This document shows, one piece after another, positions 50,401 to 58,107 of a stretch of 64,000 nt of DNA. This DNA comes from Solirubrobacteraceae bacterium. Its GTDB lineage: Bacteria; Actinomycetota; Thermoleophilia; Solirubrobacterales; Solirubrobacteraceae. Location of the stretch: NCBI GenBank assembly GCA_036266805.1, contig DATAXK010000025.1:54497-118496 (forward strand), in the 5' to 3' direction. The notes under the pieces were generated by a model. It was given only the letters and a program-made list of their open reading frames with translations. It was not told the origin of the DNA and did no database searches. Positions within the stretch are counted from its first letter, which is position 1, and every line of letters starts with the position of its first letter. Both the position numbers and the translations under genes were made by a program.

Positions 50401-50986
50401 CGCTTATCCCAAGGGAGCGATCGGCAAAGAAGCATGGTTCAAGGGCGCGAAGTTCGATTTCCCAAAACAGCTTCCCGCTCGCCTGACGACGCTGCAGAAG
50501 GCTTGTCCGGCGGCAACGTTCAATAGTAATCCCGCCGCTTGTCCCGCGGCGTCGAAAGTTGGGACGGCCATCGTGCATACCTCTGTGCTACCAGGAGTGC
50601 TCAACGGCGTTGTGTATTTCGTGTCGTATGGTGGTTTGAAGTTCCCTGAAGCGGTGATCGTGCTGCAGGGCGATAACGTCACCGTCGATCTGCACGCCGA
50701 AACGTTCATCAGCGAAAAGACCGGTGTGACGAGCGCGACGCTTAGGAGCATTCCCGGTGTTCCTTTCGAAAGCGTCGAAGTCAACCTCCCGGCTGGTCCG
50801 AACTCCGAGTTCGCCGCCAACGGGAACCTATGCACAGCCAAACTGGTGATGCCCAACGCGTTTACCGCACAAAACGGGCTGTCCATACACCAAAACACCC
50901 CCGTTACGACCACCAACTGTCCAAAGCACAAGACGACGAAGAAAGTCAAGAAGAAGCCCAAACACAAGAAGACCAAACACAAGTAG
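47456..50986 (+). CDS. Large secreted protein: DUF11/Ig-like domain, four Cys-pair repeat modules, Lys-rich tail
   Basis: Signal peptide ...VQVSSALA; ATGA overlap; repeated P.G...C-x(9-14)-C...S.VG motif; tail CPKHKTTKKVKKKPKHKKTKHK. Confidence 0.85.
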   Translation: MSVGMIKRSLIGVVALALVSLCVQVSSALAVQPWWKLQVDSAPAILQPGQGRDEVQELTVTATGGSFILGNETNSYVSHEFAWDATHQELQEGLEDMFGRGDVEVPSGQGNVAGSDPYRIIWKDRYIERLEFGGGSLSGGATIKQVSRGRSEATLILTAANMGDRDLTGPVKLTAKLPAGMTAVQITGSGGFGNVNPIECDAETLSCTYTGITAPYEQVELVIQVSLNPGAHSGEAVELSASGGNAPPAKRTRAMTVGSVAPSFGVENYELAPEEEGGSPATQAGSHPFQLTTTVTLNGGPLENYYNSKYQPQQVEMPKDLVFKIPPGLIGNPTPFPQCTVAQFDQSNREVDECPNDTAIGVASVTIVFEAVVATFPVPLFNLTPSAGEPARFGFDVLNNPVFLDTSVRTGGDYGVTVKVTNITQQVAFVGSRVTFWGVPGDPRHDEQRGWSCLADGHEQLESAGRFAPCTAVGQRLPPPLLELPTSCTGPLQTTLEADSWQSEGSFSSVGPNTPLPSLDGCNKLPFNPSISVAPDGQAGSTPTGLTVGIHLPQEVSLDGEGLGEAVVRNTTVALPEGVVLNPSAADGLSSCSEGEAGLSEDRAVSCPDASKVGTVKIKSPLLPNALEGAVYLAAQDANPFGSLVALYVVAEDPVSGTLVKVAGEVVLNQQTGQLVSTFKNTPQLPFENFELHFFGGERAPLATPSACGAYTTNASIEPWSGNRTAEPSSTFDVISGPNGSPCSNPLPFGPSLTAGTTSIQAGGFSPFTMTMSRTDGQQNLKVVQLHMPSGLLGLVSSVDPCGEPQADAGTCTAASLIGHTTVSVGIGGDPYSVTGGEVFITGPYEGAPYGLSIVVPAVAGPYNLGKVVVRAKIEVDPLTANLTVTTDSSGPYAIPTIIDGIPLQIQHVNVTIDRPGFIFNPTDCAPLAVSGSLTSDHGAVSTLNVPFQVTNCATLGFKPKLTVATSGKTSRKNGTSLLIKIAYPKGAIGKEAWFKGAKFDFPKQLPARLTTLQKACPAATFNSNPAACPAASKVGTAIVHTSVLPGVLNGVVYFVSYGGLKFPEAVIVLQGDNVTVDLHAETFISEKTGVTSATLRSIPGVPFESVEVNLPAGPNSEFAANGNLCTAKLVMPNAFTAQNGLSIHQNTPVTTTNCPKHKTTKKVKKKPKHKKTKHK

Positions 50987-51034
50987 AGAGGCCATCGCCG
51001 CCGGAAGAGGCTCCAGGTCGCTAGCGTTAGCCAT

Positions 51035-52066
51035 GTGACACAAGCATTCTGCCGCCACAACCGTTTCGTCCAGCGTTGCCCGATCTGTCGCGACACCATA
51101 CCCGGACAGAAGCTCAAGCCCAAGCGGCAAGGTGGCGGCAGCGCTCGGACCAACGGTGGGATGGGGGCGGCGTCGCGTGGCGGGGCGAGCGCCGTGCGCG
51201 CAACCGGGCGCACCTACGCGCGTCGCACCCAGGAAGTGCGGGTGCATCGCGAGGCGCGCTCCGAGGACGACGGCTATCGCTGTGAGCTTGTTCCGGGACT
51301 TCACTCATCCGAGGACGCGCTGCGGCTGGTGCGGGAGATCGGGTTCGCAAGCGGGAGACTGCTCACGCTCACCGCCGCGCCGCCCGACCTATACGCGGAG
51401 GCGCGCGATTGCGGGGACGTCGAGCAGACGACCTGGATGTGCTTCCTGGCCGCCTATCTGTCGCCCTTGCAAGGCGCACAGCCCTTTGTCGGCATCCGCC
51501 AGGCACTGCTCTCGAGTTGGGCATCGGGCACGATCCCCGACATCGCGGAGGTTCCGCTCGGACCGCGCAGCTCCCACGACCCTGCCCGCGGTGGTGAGAC
51601 CCTGGTCGCGTACCGACGCTTCGCCGAGAACGCCGGCTCGCAGCAGCTGGCCTTTACGGGCGAGCCCGAGTGGACTCCGCAGCGACGCTTCGCGCGGCTG
51701 TTCGAGCGCCTGGCGCTACCCGGCTTCGGACGCATGGGCCGCTACGACCTGCTGGTCACGCTGGGGCGCCTCGGCCTCTACGAGCTGCGCGCCGACTCGC
51801 TGCAGCTCGTCACACGCTCCGCGCAGGCATCCGATCTCACGCCGCAGGCCGTCAAGCGCGTCTTCGCGATCGGCGATCCGCTGATCATCGAACGGCGCGC
51901 TCAAGTGCTCGCGGAGGCCGCCGCGATCCCGATCGAAGCGCTCGATCTGGCGCTTTACAACTGGAGCGTGGTGGACCCGACGCGAGAACGCGCGACGCTC
52001 GGCTTCGCGCTCGACATGAGCGATGAGCACGGGCTCGAGCAAGCTGAAGCGGCGCTCGAAGTCTGA
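51035..52066 (+). CDS. Hypothetical protein, probably alpha-glutamyl/putrescinyl-thymine pyrophosphorylase clade-3-like, with N-terminal Zn-binding motif
   Basis: FCRHNRFVQRCPIC; TWMCFLAAY, FGRMGRYDLLVTLGRLGL, ALDLALYNW resemble recalled aGPT-PPlase3 motifs; TAGCGT 7 nt before GTG. Confidence 0.55.
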   Translation: MTQAFCRHNRFVQRCPICRDTIPGQKLKPKRQGGGSARTNGGMGAASRGGASAVRATGRTYARRTQEVRVHREARSEDDGYRCELVPGLHSSEDALRLVREIGFASGRLLTLTAAPPDLYAEARDCGDVEQTTWMCFLAAYLSPLQGAQPFVGIRQALLSSWASGTIPDIAEVPLGPRSSHDPARGGETLVAYRRFAENAGSQQLAFTGEPEWTPQRRFARLFERLALPGFGRMGRYDLLVTLGRLGLYELRADSLQLVTRSAQASDLTPQAVKRVFAIGDPLIIERRAQVLAEAAAIPIEALDLALYNWSVVDPTRERATLGFALDMSDEHGLEQAEAALEV

Positions 52067-52106
52067 TCGAAAAGTTACGTCCACACCGGCCCCTAAAGTG
52101 CCGGTT

Positions 52107-52562
52107 ATGCCGCTCTGCTTCATCGAGCCACACGACGCGATACGCGTAATCGCGGATTCCGTCGGCCGCGAGGCCCGCCGGCAGCTCGTCGGAGAGGTCG
52201 TGCGCGCATGGGTCGACGATCTCCCCGACCAGGAGCTCACGTTCCACTACGAGCGCGCGATCGCCGGCTTGGATCAGGACGACCTACACCTACTGGCCGC
52301 CTGGCACGCCTCGCTCGAGGTCGGCCATCCCGTGCCCAACACCGACTTCCTCGTCGGCGTCTTTCCGAGCCTCGGCGAGAATCGCCGCGAGGCGCTGAAG
52401 ATCGCCGCCGGCTTCAAAGGCGAGGAAGCCTTCCAAGCCGGTGTCGCCGAGGAACAGGCGCTCGACACCGTGTTGCCGCACCTGTCCCGCGCCCGCGCCA
52501 TCGAGCTGGCCGAGGAGTGCATCCAGCTGTATCAGTGGGACCGCCTCGGCTCCTACAACTAG
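52107..52562 (+). CDS. Hypothetical helical protein
   Basis: 151 aa; TAAAGT 7 nt before ATG 52107. Confidence 0.7.
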   Translation: MPLCFIEPHDAIRVIADSVGREARRQLVGEVVRAWVDDLPDQELTFHYERAIAGLDQDDLHLLAAWHASLEVGHPVPNTDFLVGVFPSLGENRREALKIAAGFKGEEAFQAGVAEEQALDTVLPHLSRARAIELAEECIQLYQWDRLGSYN

Positions 52563-52663
52563 GACGTCCTATGGGCGGCGCGATACGGCGTCCTCGGACC
52601 CTTGTGTGCAGAGCACACTGCGGGTCCTGCGTCCTTGTCTCGCTTGCCCCTAGAACGTCCTAG
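52559..52663. repeat. Hairpin repeat element copy A (MITE/REP-like)
   Basis: Ends CTAGGACGT / ACGTCCTAG; 78-bp core shared with copy B. Confidence 0.85.
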
Positions 52664-52680
52664 TCGCTAGAGTCATGGAT

Positions 52681-52992
52681 ATGCATGAGGAAACGACGGT
52701 CACCGTCGATGACGTGATGGACGCCTTGTCCAACGTGATCGACCCCGAGCTTGGCCTGGACTTCGTGGAGCTGGGGTTGATCTACGGCGTGGAGGTCTCA
52801 GGGGGGGACGTGCAGGTCACGTTCACGCTCACGACACCCGGCTGCCCGATCGGGCCTCAGGTGACCGAGCAGATCGAAGAGTTCGTGGGCGAGCTCGACG
52901 GCGTCGCCACCGTCGAATCGGAGATGGTCTTCACGCCCCCGTGGTCGCCTGAGAAGATGTCGGAGGACGCAAAGTTCGCCCTGGGCTACTAG
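52681..52992 (+). CDS. sufT: Metal-sulfur cluster assembly factor (SufT/DUF59 family)
   Basis: VIDPELGLDFVELGLIY, TLTTPGCP, VFTPPWSPEKMS; TAGAGT 7 nt before ATG 52681. Confidence 0.9.
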   Translation: MHEETTVTVDDVMDALSNVIDPELGLDFVELGLIYGVEVSGGDVQVTFTLTTPGCPIGPQVTEQIEEFVGELDGVATVESEMVFTPPWSPEKMSEDAKFALGY

Positions 52993-53092
52993 CGCCGTTG
53001 GGCGGCGCGATACTGCGTCCTCAGTCGCTCATGTGCTAGCGCACACTACGCTCCTTGCGTCCTTGTCTCGCTTGCCCAACGGCGCTAGTAGC
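52985..53092. repeat. Hairpin repeat element copy B (MITE/REP-like)
   Basis: Perfect 19-bp terminal IR GCTACTAGCGCCGTTGGGC / GCCCAACGGCGCTAGTAGC; core about 80% identical to copy A. Confidence 0.85.
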
Positions 53093-54547
53093 GGCCCGTC
53101 GGGGTGCAGTCTTCTTGCTGTTTTCGCGGGCCAGCTCGACCAGTTCCGCCAGCTCCGCTTTGATGCTCTCGCCGAGCGAGTCGATGTCCGGCAGTGCGTC
53201 GAAGTCGCCCAGCAGGCCGAAGTTCATCTCGCCCGCGTAGGACATGATTGCCACCGCGAGCGCGTGGTTTTCGGGCAGAAAGGCCACCGGGAACACGCGC
53301 TCCATGCGCCGCCCGAGCACATACAGCGGGAACTGGGGCCCTGGCACGTTCGTCACGATCAGGTTGAACAGGCGCGTGGAGAAGTTCAGGCGCGAGGCCT
53401 GCGCCAGGATCGTGGGCGGCGCGAAGTTCTGCGCGCCGGCGATCACCTCCGCGCCGAGGGCCTGCTTTGACTCCTTCAGGCCGTCCATCGCGTGGCTGAC
53501 GAAGCGCAGGCGCTGCAGCGGGTCGGCGATGTACACGGGCAAGGGGCCCCGCATCACGACGATCCGGTTGCCGCCCTCGTGACGCTCGCCCACGGTGCGC
53601 ACCGAGACCGGCACGAGCGCTCTCATCTCCTTGCCCTCCGTGCGCACCCCGCGCTCAATCAAGAACGAGCGCAGAGCACCCGTCACGACGGCCAGGACCA
53701 CGTCGTTGACCGTGCCACCAAAGGCGTTCTTGACGAGCTTGAAGTCATCCAGCTGTGCCGCGATCCCGACAAAGCGCCGGTGCGGCCCGATCTCTACGTT
53801 CAAAGGTGTGTCGGGCGCCGGGTTCAGTCCGGCCCAAACGATCTCGCCGACGCCCTCCGCGGCCTCGCGCGCTCGCTCGAGCGTGCGCTCGGGATGGGTG
53901 AGCGCATGTACCGCCCCGCTCACCATCTCCACGCCCGCGCGTACCGCGCTGCGTACGCCCACCGCGACGAGCTCGGTCGCGTCCGGTTCCGGCTTCGGTT
54001 TCCACGCTCTGCCCGAATGACGCAAGGGCTCTGGCTCCGGTGCGAGGTCGAACAGGACCGTCGCGAGATCGACGCCCGCGATCCCGTCGATCAGCGAATG
54101 ATGGGTCTTGGATATCAGCGCGAAGCGGTCGCGGGCAGGGGCGCCATGGCCGTCCATCCTTGGATCGAGGCCCTCGATCAGCCACATCTCCCATAGGGGC
54201 TTGGAGCGGTCGAGCGCCTGCGAGAAGATGCGCGCCGTCAGGTTGCGCAACTGCTCCCAACTGCCCGGGGCCGGCAGCGCCGTGTGGCGCACGTGGAACT
54301 CGAGGTTGAAGCCCGGGTCGTCGACCCACACCGGACGGCCGCTGTCGAGCGCCGTATAGGCCAGCTTGTGGCGGTAGCGAGGCACGAGATGCAGACGCTT
54401 GCGGATCTGCTCGAGGAACTCCTCCATCGCCGGCGGCGGGCCCTCCAGCAACGTGAGCCCGCCCACGTGCATGTGCGAGTTGCGCCCCTCCTGGTGCAGG
54501 AAGGAGGCGTCCACCGCTGTGAGCCTGTCGAGGTGTTGCTGCGCCAT
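53036..54547 (-). CDS. Wax ester synthase/diacylglycerol acyltransferase (WS/DGAT)
   Basis: DASFL...MHVGG, KTHHSLIDG (HHxxxDG), GTVNDVVL, TNVPGPQ; TACTCT 6 nt before ATG 54547. Confidence 0.93.
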   Translation of the reverse strand: MAQQHLDRLTAVDASFLHQEGRNSHMHVGGLTLLEGPPPAMEEFLEQIRKRLHLVPRYRHKLAYTALDSGRPVWVDDPGFNLEFHVRHTALPAPGSWEQLRNLTARIFSQALDRSKPLWEMWLIEGLDPRMDGHGAPARDRFALISKTHHSLIDGIAGVDLATVLFDLAPEPEPLRHSGRAWKPKPEPDATELVAVGVRSAVRAGVEMVSGAVHALTHPERTLERAREAAEGVGEIVWAGLNPAPDTPLNVEIGPHRRFVGIAAQLDDFKLVKNAFGGTVNDVVLAVVTGALRSFLIERGVRTEGKEMRALVPVSVRTVGERHEGGNRIVVMRGPLPVYIADPLQRLRFVSHAMDGLKESKQALGAEVIAGAQNFAPPTILAQASRLNFSTRLFNLIVTNVPGPQFPLYVLGRRMERVFPVAFLPENHALAVAIMSYAGEMNFGLLGDFDALPDIDSLGESIKAELAELVELARENSKKTAPRRAATSAVGQARQGRKERSVR

Positions 54548-54639
54548 TAGCCAAGAGTACCCATCGCGTGCGCGCGGACGGTCTCGGACGCAGACCATCT
54601 GCGAAGCGTGGCCCGCTGGCGCCTCTACAATGGGATGCG

Positions 54640-55617
54640 ATGTCTACGGAAACGGCCACAACGCCGAACACGGTCGAGAAGCTCCTGCTGGCCGCGCCGC
54701 GCGGATATTGCGCCGGCGTCGATCGTGCCGTGCAAACGGTCGAACGCGCGCTCGACCTGCACGGGCCGCCCGTTTACGTGCGCAAGCAGATCGTTCATAA
54801 CAAGCACGTGGTCGAGTTGCTGACCGCGCGTGGCGCCGTATTCGTCGAGGACGTCTCGGAAGTGCCGGAGGGGGCGCTCACGGTCTTCTCCGCCCACGGT
54901 GTCTCGCCGCAAGTGCGCAGCGACGCACAGGCACGCGGGCTCGAGACGATCGACGCCACCTGCCCGCTTGTGACGAAGGTCCATCGCGAGGCGGTCCACT
55001 TTGCGCAGGACGGCTACACGATCGTGCTCGTCGGTCACGCCGGCCACGAGGAGGTGCAGGGGACGATGGGGGAGGCTCCAGAGCACATCGTGCTCGTCGA
55101 GAGCGAGCGGGACGTGGACGAGCTTGTCGTCGAGGACCCCGAGCGCGTCGCCTACATCACGCAGACCACGCTCTCGGTGGATGAAACGACGGCGATCGTC
55201 AAGCGACTGCACGAGCGTTTCCCGGCGATTGCCGGTCCGCGCACCGACGACATCTGCTACGCAACCACCAACCGTCAGGCCGCCGTCAAGCAGATGGCGG
55301 GCGACTGCGACCTGATGCTCGTGATCGGCTCGCGCAACTCATCCAATTCCGTGCGTCTGGTGGAGGTCGCCCACGATTGTGGCACCGAGGCCTACCTGAT
55401 CGATCACGCCGGCGAGGTGCGCGAGGAGTGGCTTGCCGGCAAGCGCGTCGTCGGCGTCAGCTCGGGCGCCAGCGCCCCAGACGATCTGGTTCAGGATCTG
55501 CTCGACTTCTTCCGTGCGCGCGGCGTCGAGGACATATCCGAATTCCACGTGGTTCGTGAGGATGTGCGTTTTATGCTGCCGAAGCCGATCCGCGAGGCAG
55601 TCGCCGCGGCGTCTTGA
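54640..55617 (+). CDS. ispH: 4-hydroxy-3-methylbut-2-enyl diphosphate reductase
   Basis: PRGYCAGV, DATCPLVTKVH, DICYATTNRQ, SSGASAP; TACAAT 8 nt before ATG. Confidence 0.96.
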   Translation: MSTETATTPNTVEKLLLAAPRGYCAGVDRAVQTVERALDLHGPPVYVRKQIVHNKHVVELLTARGAVFVEDVSEVPEGALTVFSAHGVSPQVRSDAQARGLETIDATCPLVTKVHREAVHFAQDGYTIVLVGHAGHEEVQGTMGEAPEHIVLVESERDVDELVVEDPERVAYITQTTLSVDETTAIVKRLHERFPAIAGPRTDDICYATTNRQAAVKQMAGDCDLMLVIGSRNSSNSVRLVEVAHDCGTEAYLIDHAGEVREEWLAGKRVVGVSSGASAPDDLVQDLLDFFRARGVEDISEFHVVREDVRFMLPKPIREAVAAAS

Positions 55618-56750
55618 CGCGCACGCTTGTAGTTTCAGATCTGCATCTCGGCGCGGGCTCAGGCGCCGACGTTTTGCGCCGTTCCGGGCCCCGCGCCGCG
55701 CTGATCGACGCGCTCCAGGACATCGATCGACTTGTCTTGCTTGGGGACGTGCTCGAGCTGCGCCACGGCCCGCGCCGCGACGCGCTTGCCGCCGCGCGGC
55801 CGTTCTTCGAGGAGCTCGGACGGACGTTTGCCGGGCGTGAGATCGTGGTTGTCCCCGGCAACCACGACCATGCGCTCCTGGAGTCTTGGGCGCGGAGCCG
55901 TGACGAAGCGCCGGAGCTCCTACCGCTTGGTCTGGAGCAGCGCTTTAGCGCCGAGGAAGCTTCCTCCATGCTCGCCGCACTTGCCGTGTGGGCCGAGCCG
56001 GCACGCTTGAGCGCCGCCTATCCCGGTCTGTGGCTGGGGCCCGACGTGTACGCCACTCATGGCCATTACCTCGATTGTCACCTGTCGATCCCAACGATGG
56101 AGAGACTTGGCATCGGCATGACCGCGCGTGTGCAGAGCCGGCCGACTGACGCGTTTGCCACGGTTGCGGACTACGAGGCCGTCACTGCGCCTGTGTTCGC
56201 GTGGATCGACGCAGTCGCGCGCCAGGCCCCGACGGGGTCCACGCTCAACGGGCAGTCCACCGTGCGCGTCTGGCGCGCGCTTGCGGGCAAGGGACGAAAT
56301 ACCCGGACGGGCACAGGCGGCAATGGCTTCGATTGGCGCGCTCGCGCGCTGGTCGGTGCCTTCCCGTTTGCGGTCGCGGCTCTCAACAGGGCGGGCATCG
56401 GCTCCTTTCAAGCCGACATCTCGACGGCGGAGCTACGTCGCGCGGGCTTGCGTGCGATGGGGGAGGTGGCCGCTCGCCTCGGTCTCGGCGACGCACACGT
56501 GATCTTCGGTCACACACACCGCGCCGGGCCGTTGCCGGGAGATGTGGACGCGGAGTGGCGTGGGCCCGCGGGTGCGCGTCTGCTCAACGCCGGCTGCTGG
56601 ACCTATGACTCGTATTTCGTCACCGACACGCCCGGTGAGAGCCCCTATTGGCCGGGGGGTAGCGTGCTCGTGGAGGATGAAGGCCCGCCCCAGTTGCGAC
56701 GGCTGCTCGACGATCGCTCGAAGGTCGAACTGGCCGCCGTGCGCGACTGA
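55614..56750 (+). CDS. Metallophosphoesterase
   Basis: SDLHLG, LGDVLEL, PGNHD, THGH, FGHTH; TTGA overlap with ispH. Confidence 0.88.
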   Translation: MTRTLVVSDLHLGAGSGADVLRRSGPRAALIDALQDIDRLVLLGDVLELRHGPRRDALAAARPFFEELGRTFAGREIVVVPGNHDHALLESWARSRDEAPELLPLGLEQRFSAEEASSMLAALAVWAEPARLSAAYPGLWLGPDVYATHGHYLDCHLSIPTMERLGIGMTARVQSRPTDAFATVADYEAVTAPVFAWIDAVARQAPTGSTLNGQSTVRVWRALAGKGRNTRTGTGGNGFDWRARALVGAFPFAVAALNRAGIGSFQADISTAELRRAGLRAMGEVAARLGLGDAHVIFGHTHRAGPLPGDVDAEWRGPAGARLLNAGCWTYDSYFVTDTPGESPYWPGGSVLVEDEGPPQLRRLLDDRSKVELAAVRD

Positions 56751-56774
56751 GCGCGGGGAGCAGGGCGCAGCCGC

Positions 56775-56810
56775 GCCGCCGGCTCGTAAGACATATCCCG
56801 AGCCGGCGGC
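56775..56810. terminator. Hairpin between convergent genes
   Basis: Perfect 12-bp stem GCCGCCGGCTCG / CGAGCCGGCGGC. Confidence 0.65.
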
Positions 56811-56821
56811 GGCCGCATTCG

Positions 56822-57982
56822 TCAGTCGGCGACGAGGCCTGCCGCGAAGGCACCCACGGGCAGCGGCGTGGGTGAGCTGGGCAGTTCGGCGAGGCTTCCA
56901 CCGTTTACCGCGAACGACGCGATGACGTTGGCTTTGCTTCCATCTACCAGCAGCGTCCTGCCGTCGGGGGACAGACGGGCGTCGACGGCGCCCGCTCCGG
57001 CCGAGCCGAACGGTGTGCTGCCGAGCAAGACCAGTGAGCCATCGGGATTGATCGAGTAGCTCGAGATCGAGCCTGACGCGGTGTTCACCGTGAACAGGAA
57101 CTGTCCGTCGTGGCTGATCTCCACCCAGCAGGGTGCTGTCTGAAGGTCGGCGAATGGGGATGCGCCGATCGGAGCCAGCTGACCCGTGCTGCCGCTCGCC
57201 AAGAAGACCGAGACGTTTCCGTTGCCTGCCCCGCCGTGGGCGTTGCTGACAAACAGCTGTGAGGGATTGCTCGGCCTGAACTCCGCGCCGAACGGTCCTG
57301 CTCCCTGCGCCGCTATGGGCGAGCCCGGAGCGGCGACGAGCAAGCCATCATGAAGAACGTGAAAGCTCGCGATCGTCGAGGTGTTATCCAGGTCGACGAC
57401 GAGTCTCCGGCCCTTCGGGTCGATCAACACGTCATCCGGACCCGAGCCGGCCGGCAACGAGACGGTCGAGCCTGACAGCGGGTTCAGCGATCCGTTCGGG
57501 GCAAGCGTGAATCCGGTGATGTTCGGCGCGCCCGCGCCGGCGTTGGCGACGTACACGAGATTGCCGGAGACCGCGATGCTGAGCGGTTCGCCGCCACCGG
57601 AGGGCACGGGAGCGCCAACCGGCTGGGGTACACCGTTGAAACCAACTCGCAGCACCGATATCTGGTTGCTACCGGCGTCTGCCGCGAGCAGGTAGTGCCC
57701 GTCGCTTGAGAGCTGAATCGCGCCCTGCGAGGGCAAGCCGGCGCCGAGCCCCGCGCCGCCGACAGGAAACGGAGAGCCGGAGATTGGAGTAAGCGACCCG
57801 TCGGCGTGCCGGTCAAAGCCAGCCACGGTGTTCGATACCGCGGTGTTGTCGTTGACGTAGGCGTGACCGACGACCGGGGATTCATGGTGGCCAAATTCGC
57901 GCCCTTCGTGGGCGGCCGCGGATGTCGCCGTGGCGCCGGCCAGGGCCAGCACAAGCGGGATGACGAGATGAGGCAGCTTCAT
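56822..57982 (-). CDS. Secreted lactonase-family beta-propeller
   Basis: Signal peptide; repeated blades LSSDGHYLLAA, ISHDGQFLFTVN, LSPDGRTLLV; AGGAGG RBS. Confidence 0.8.
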   Translation of the reverse strand: MKLPHLVIPLVLALAGATATSAAAHEGREFGHHESPVVGHAYVNDNTAVSNTVAGFDRHADGSLTPISGSPFPVGGAGLGAGLPSQGAIQLSSDGHYLLAADAGSNQISVLRVGFNGVPQPVGAPVPSGGGEPLSIAVSGNLVYVANAGAGAPNITGFTLAPNGSLNPLSGSTVSLPAGSGPDDVLIDPKGRRLVVDLDNTSTIASFHVLHDGLLVAAPGSPIAAQGAGPFGAEFRPSNPSQLFVSNAHGGAGNGNVSVFLASGSTGQLAPIGASPFADLQTAPCWVEISHDGQFLFTVNTASGSISSYSINPDGSLVLLGSTPFGSAGAGAVDARLSPDGRTLLVDGSKANVIASFAVNGGSLAELPSSPTPLPVGAFAAGLVAD

Positions 57983-58107
57983 AGGTAAACCTCCTGGACT
58001 GGGCGGGGATCATTCCCCGACCACGGGCACGATGCCTGGGGCTCCTAACGTCCCTCTTGCACGAAGATGAACATTCCGTGAATCGTTTGCGCCGCTGCCC
58101 GAGCGAG

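Noticed and set aside
44250-52066. Prophage or diversity-generating retroelement
   Set aside because: No capsid, terminase, integrase or reverse transcriptase, and no TR/VR-like near-duplicate seen
52559-53092. sufT-flanking repeats as CRISPR, attL/attR or a complete IS
   Set aside because: Only two long copies around a housekeeping gene, with no integrase, transposase or cas gene in the window
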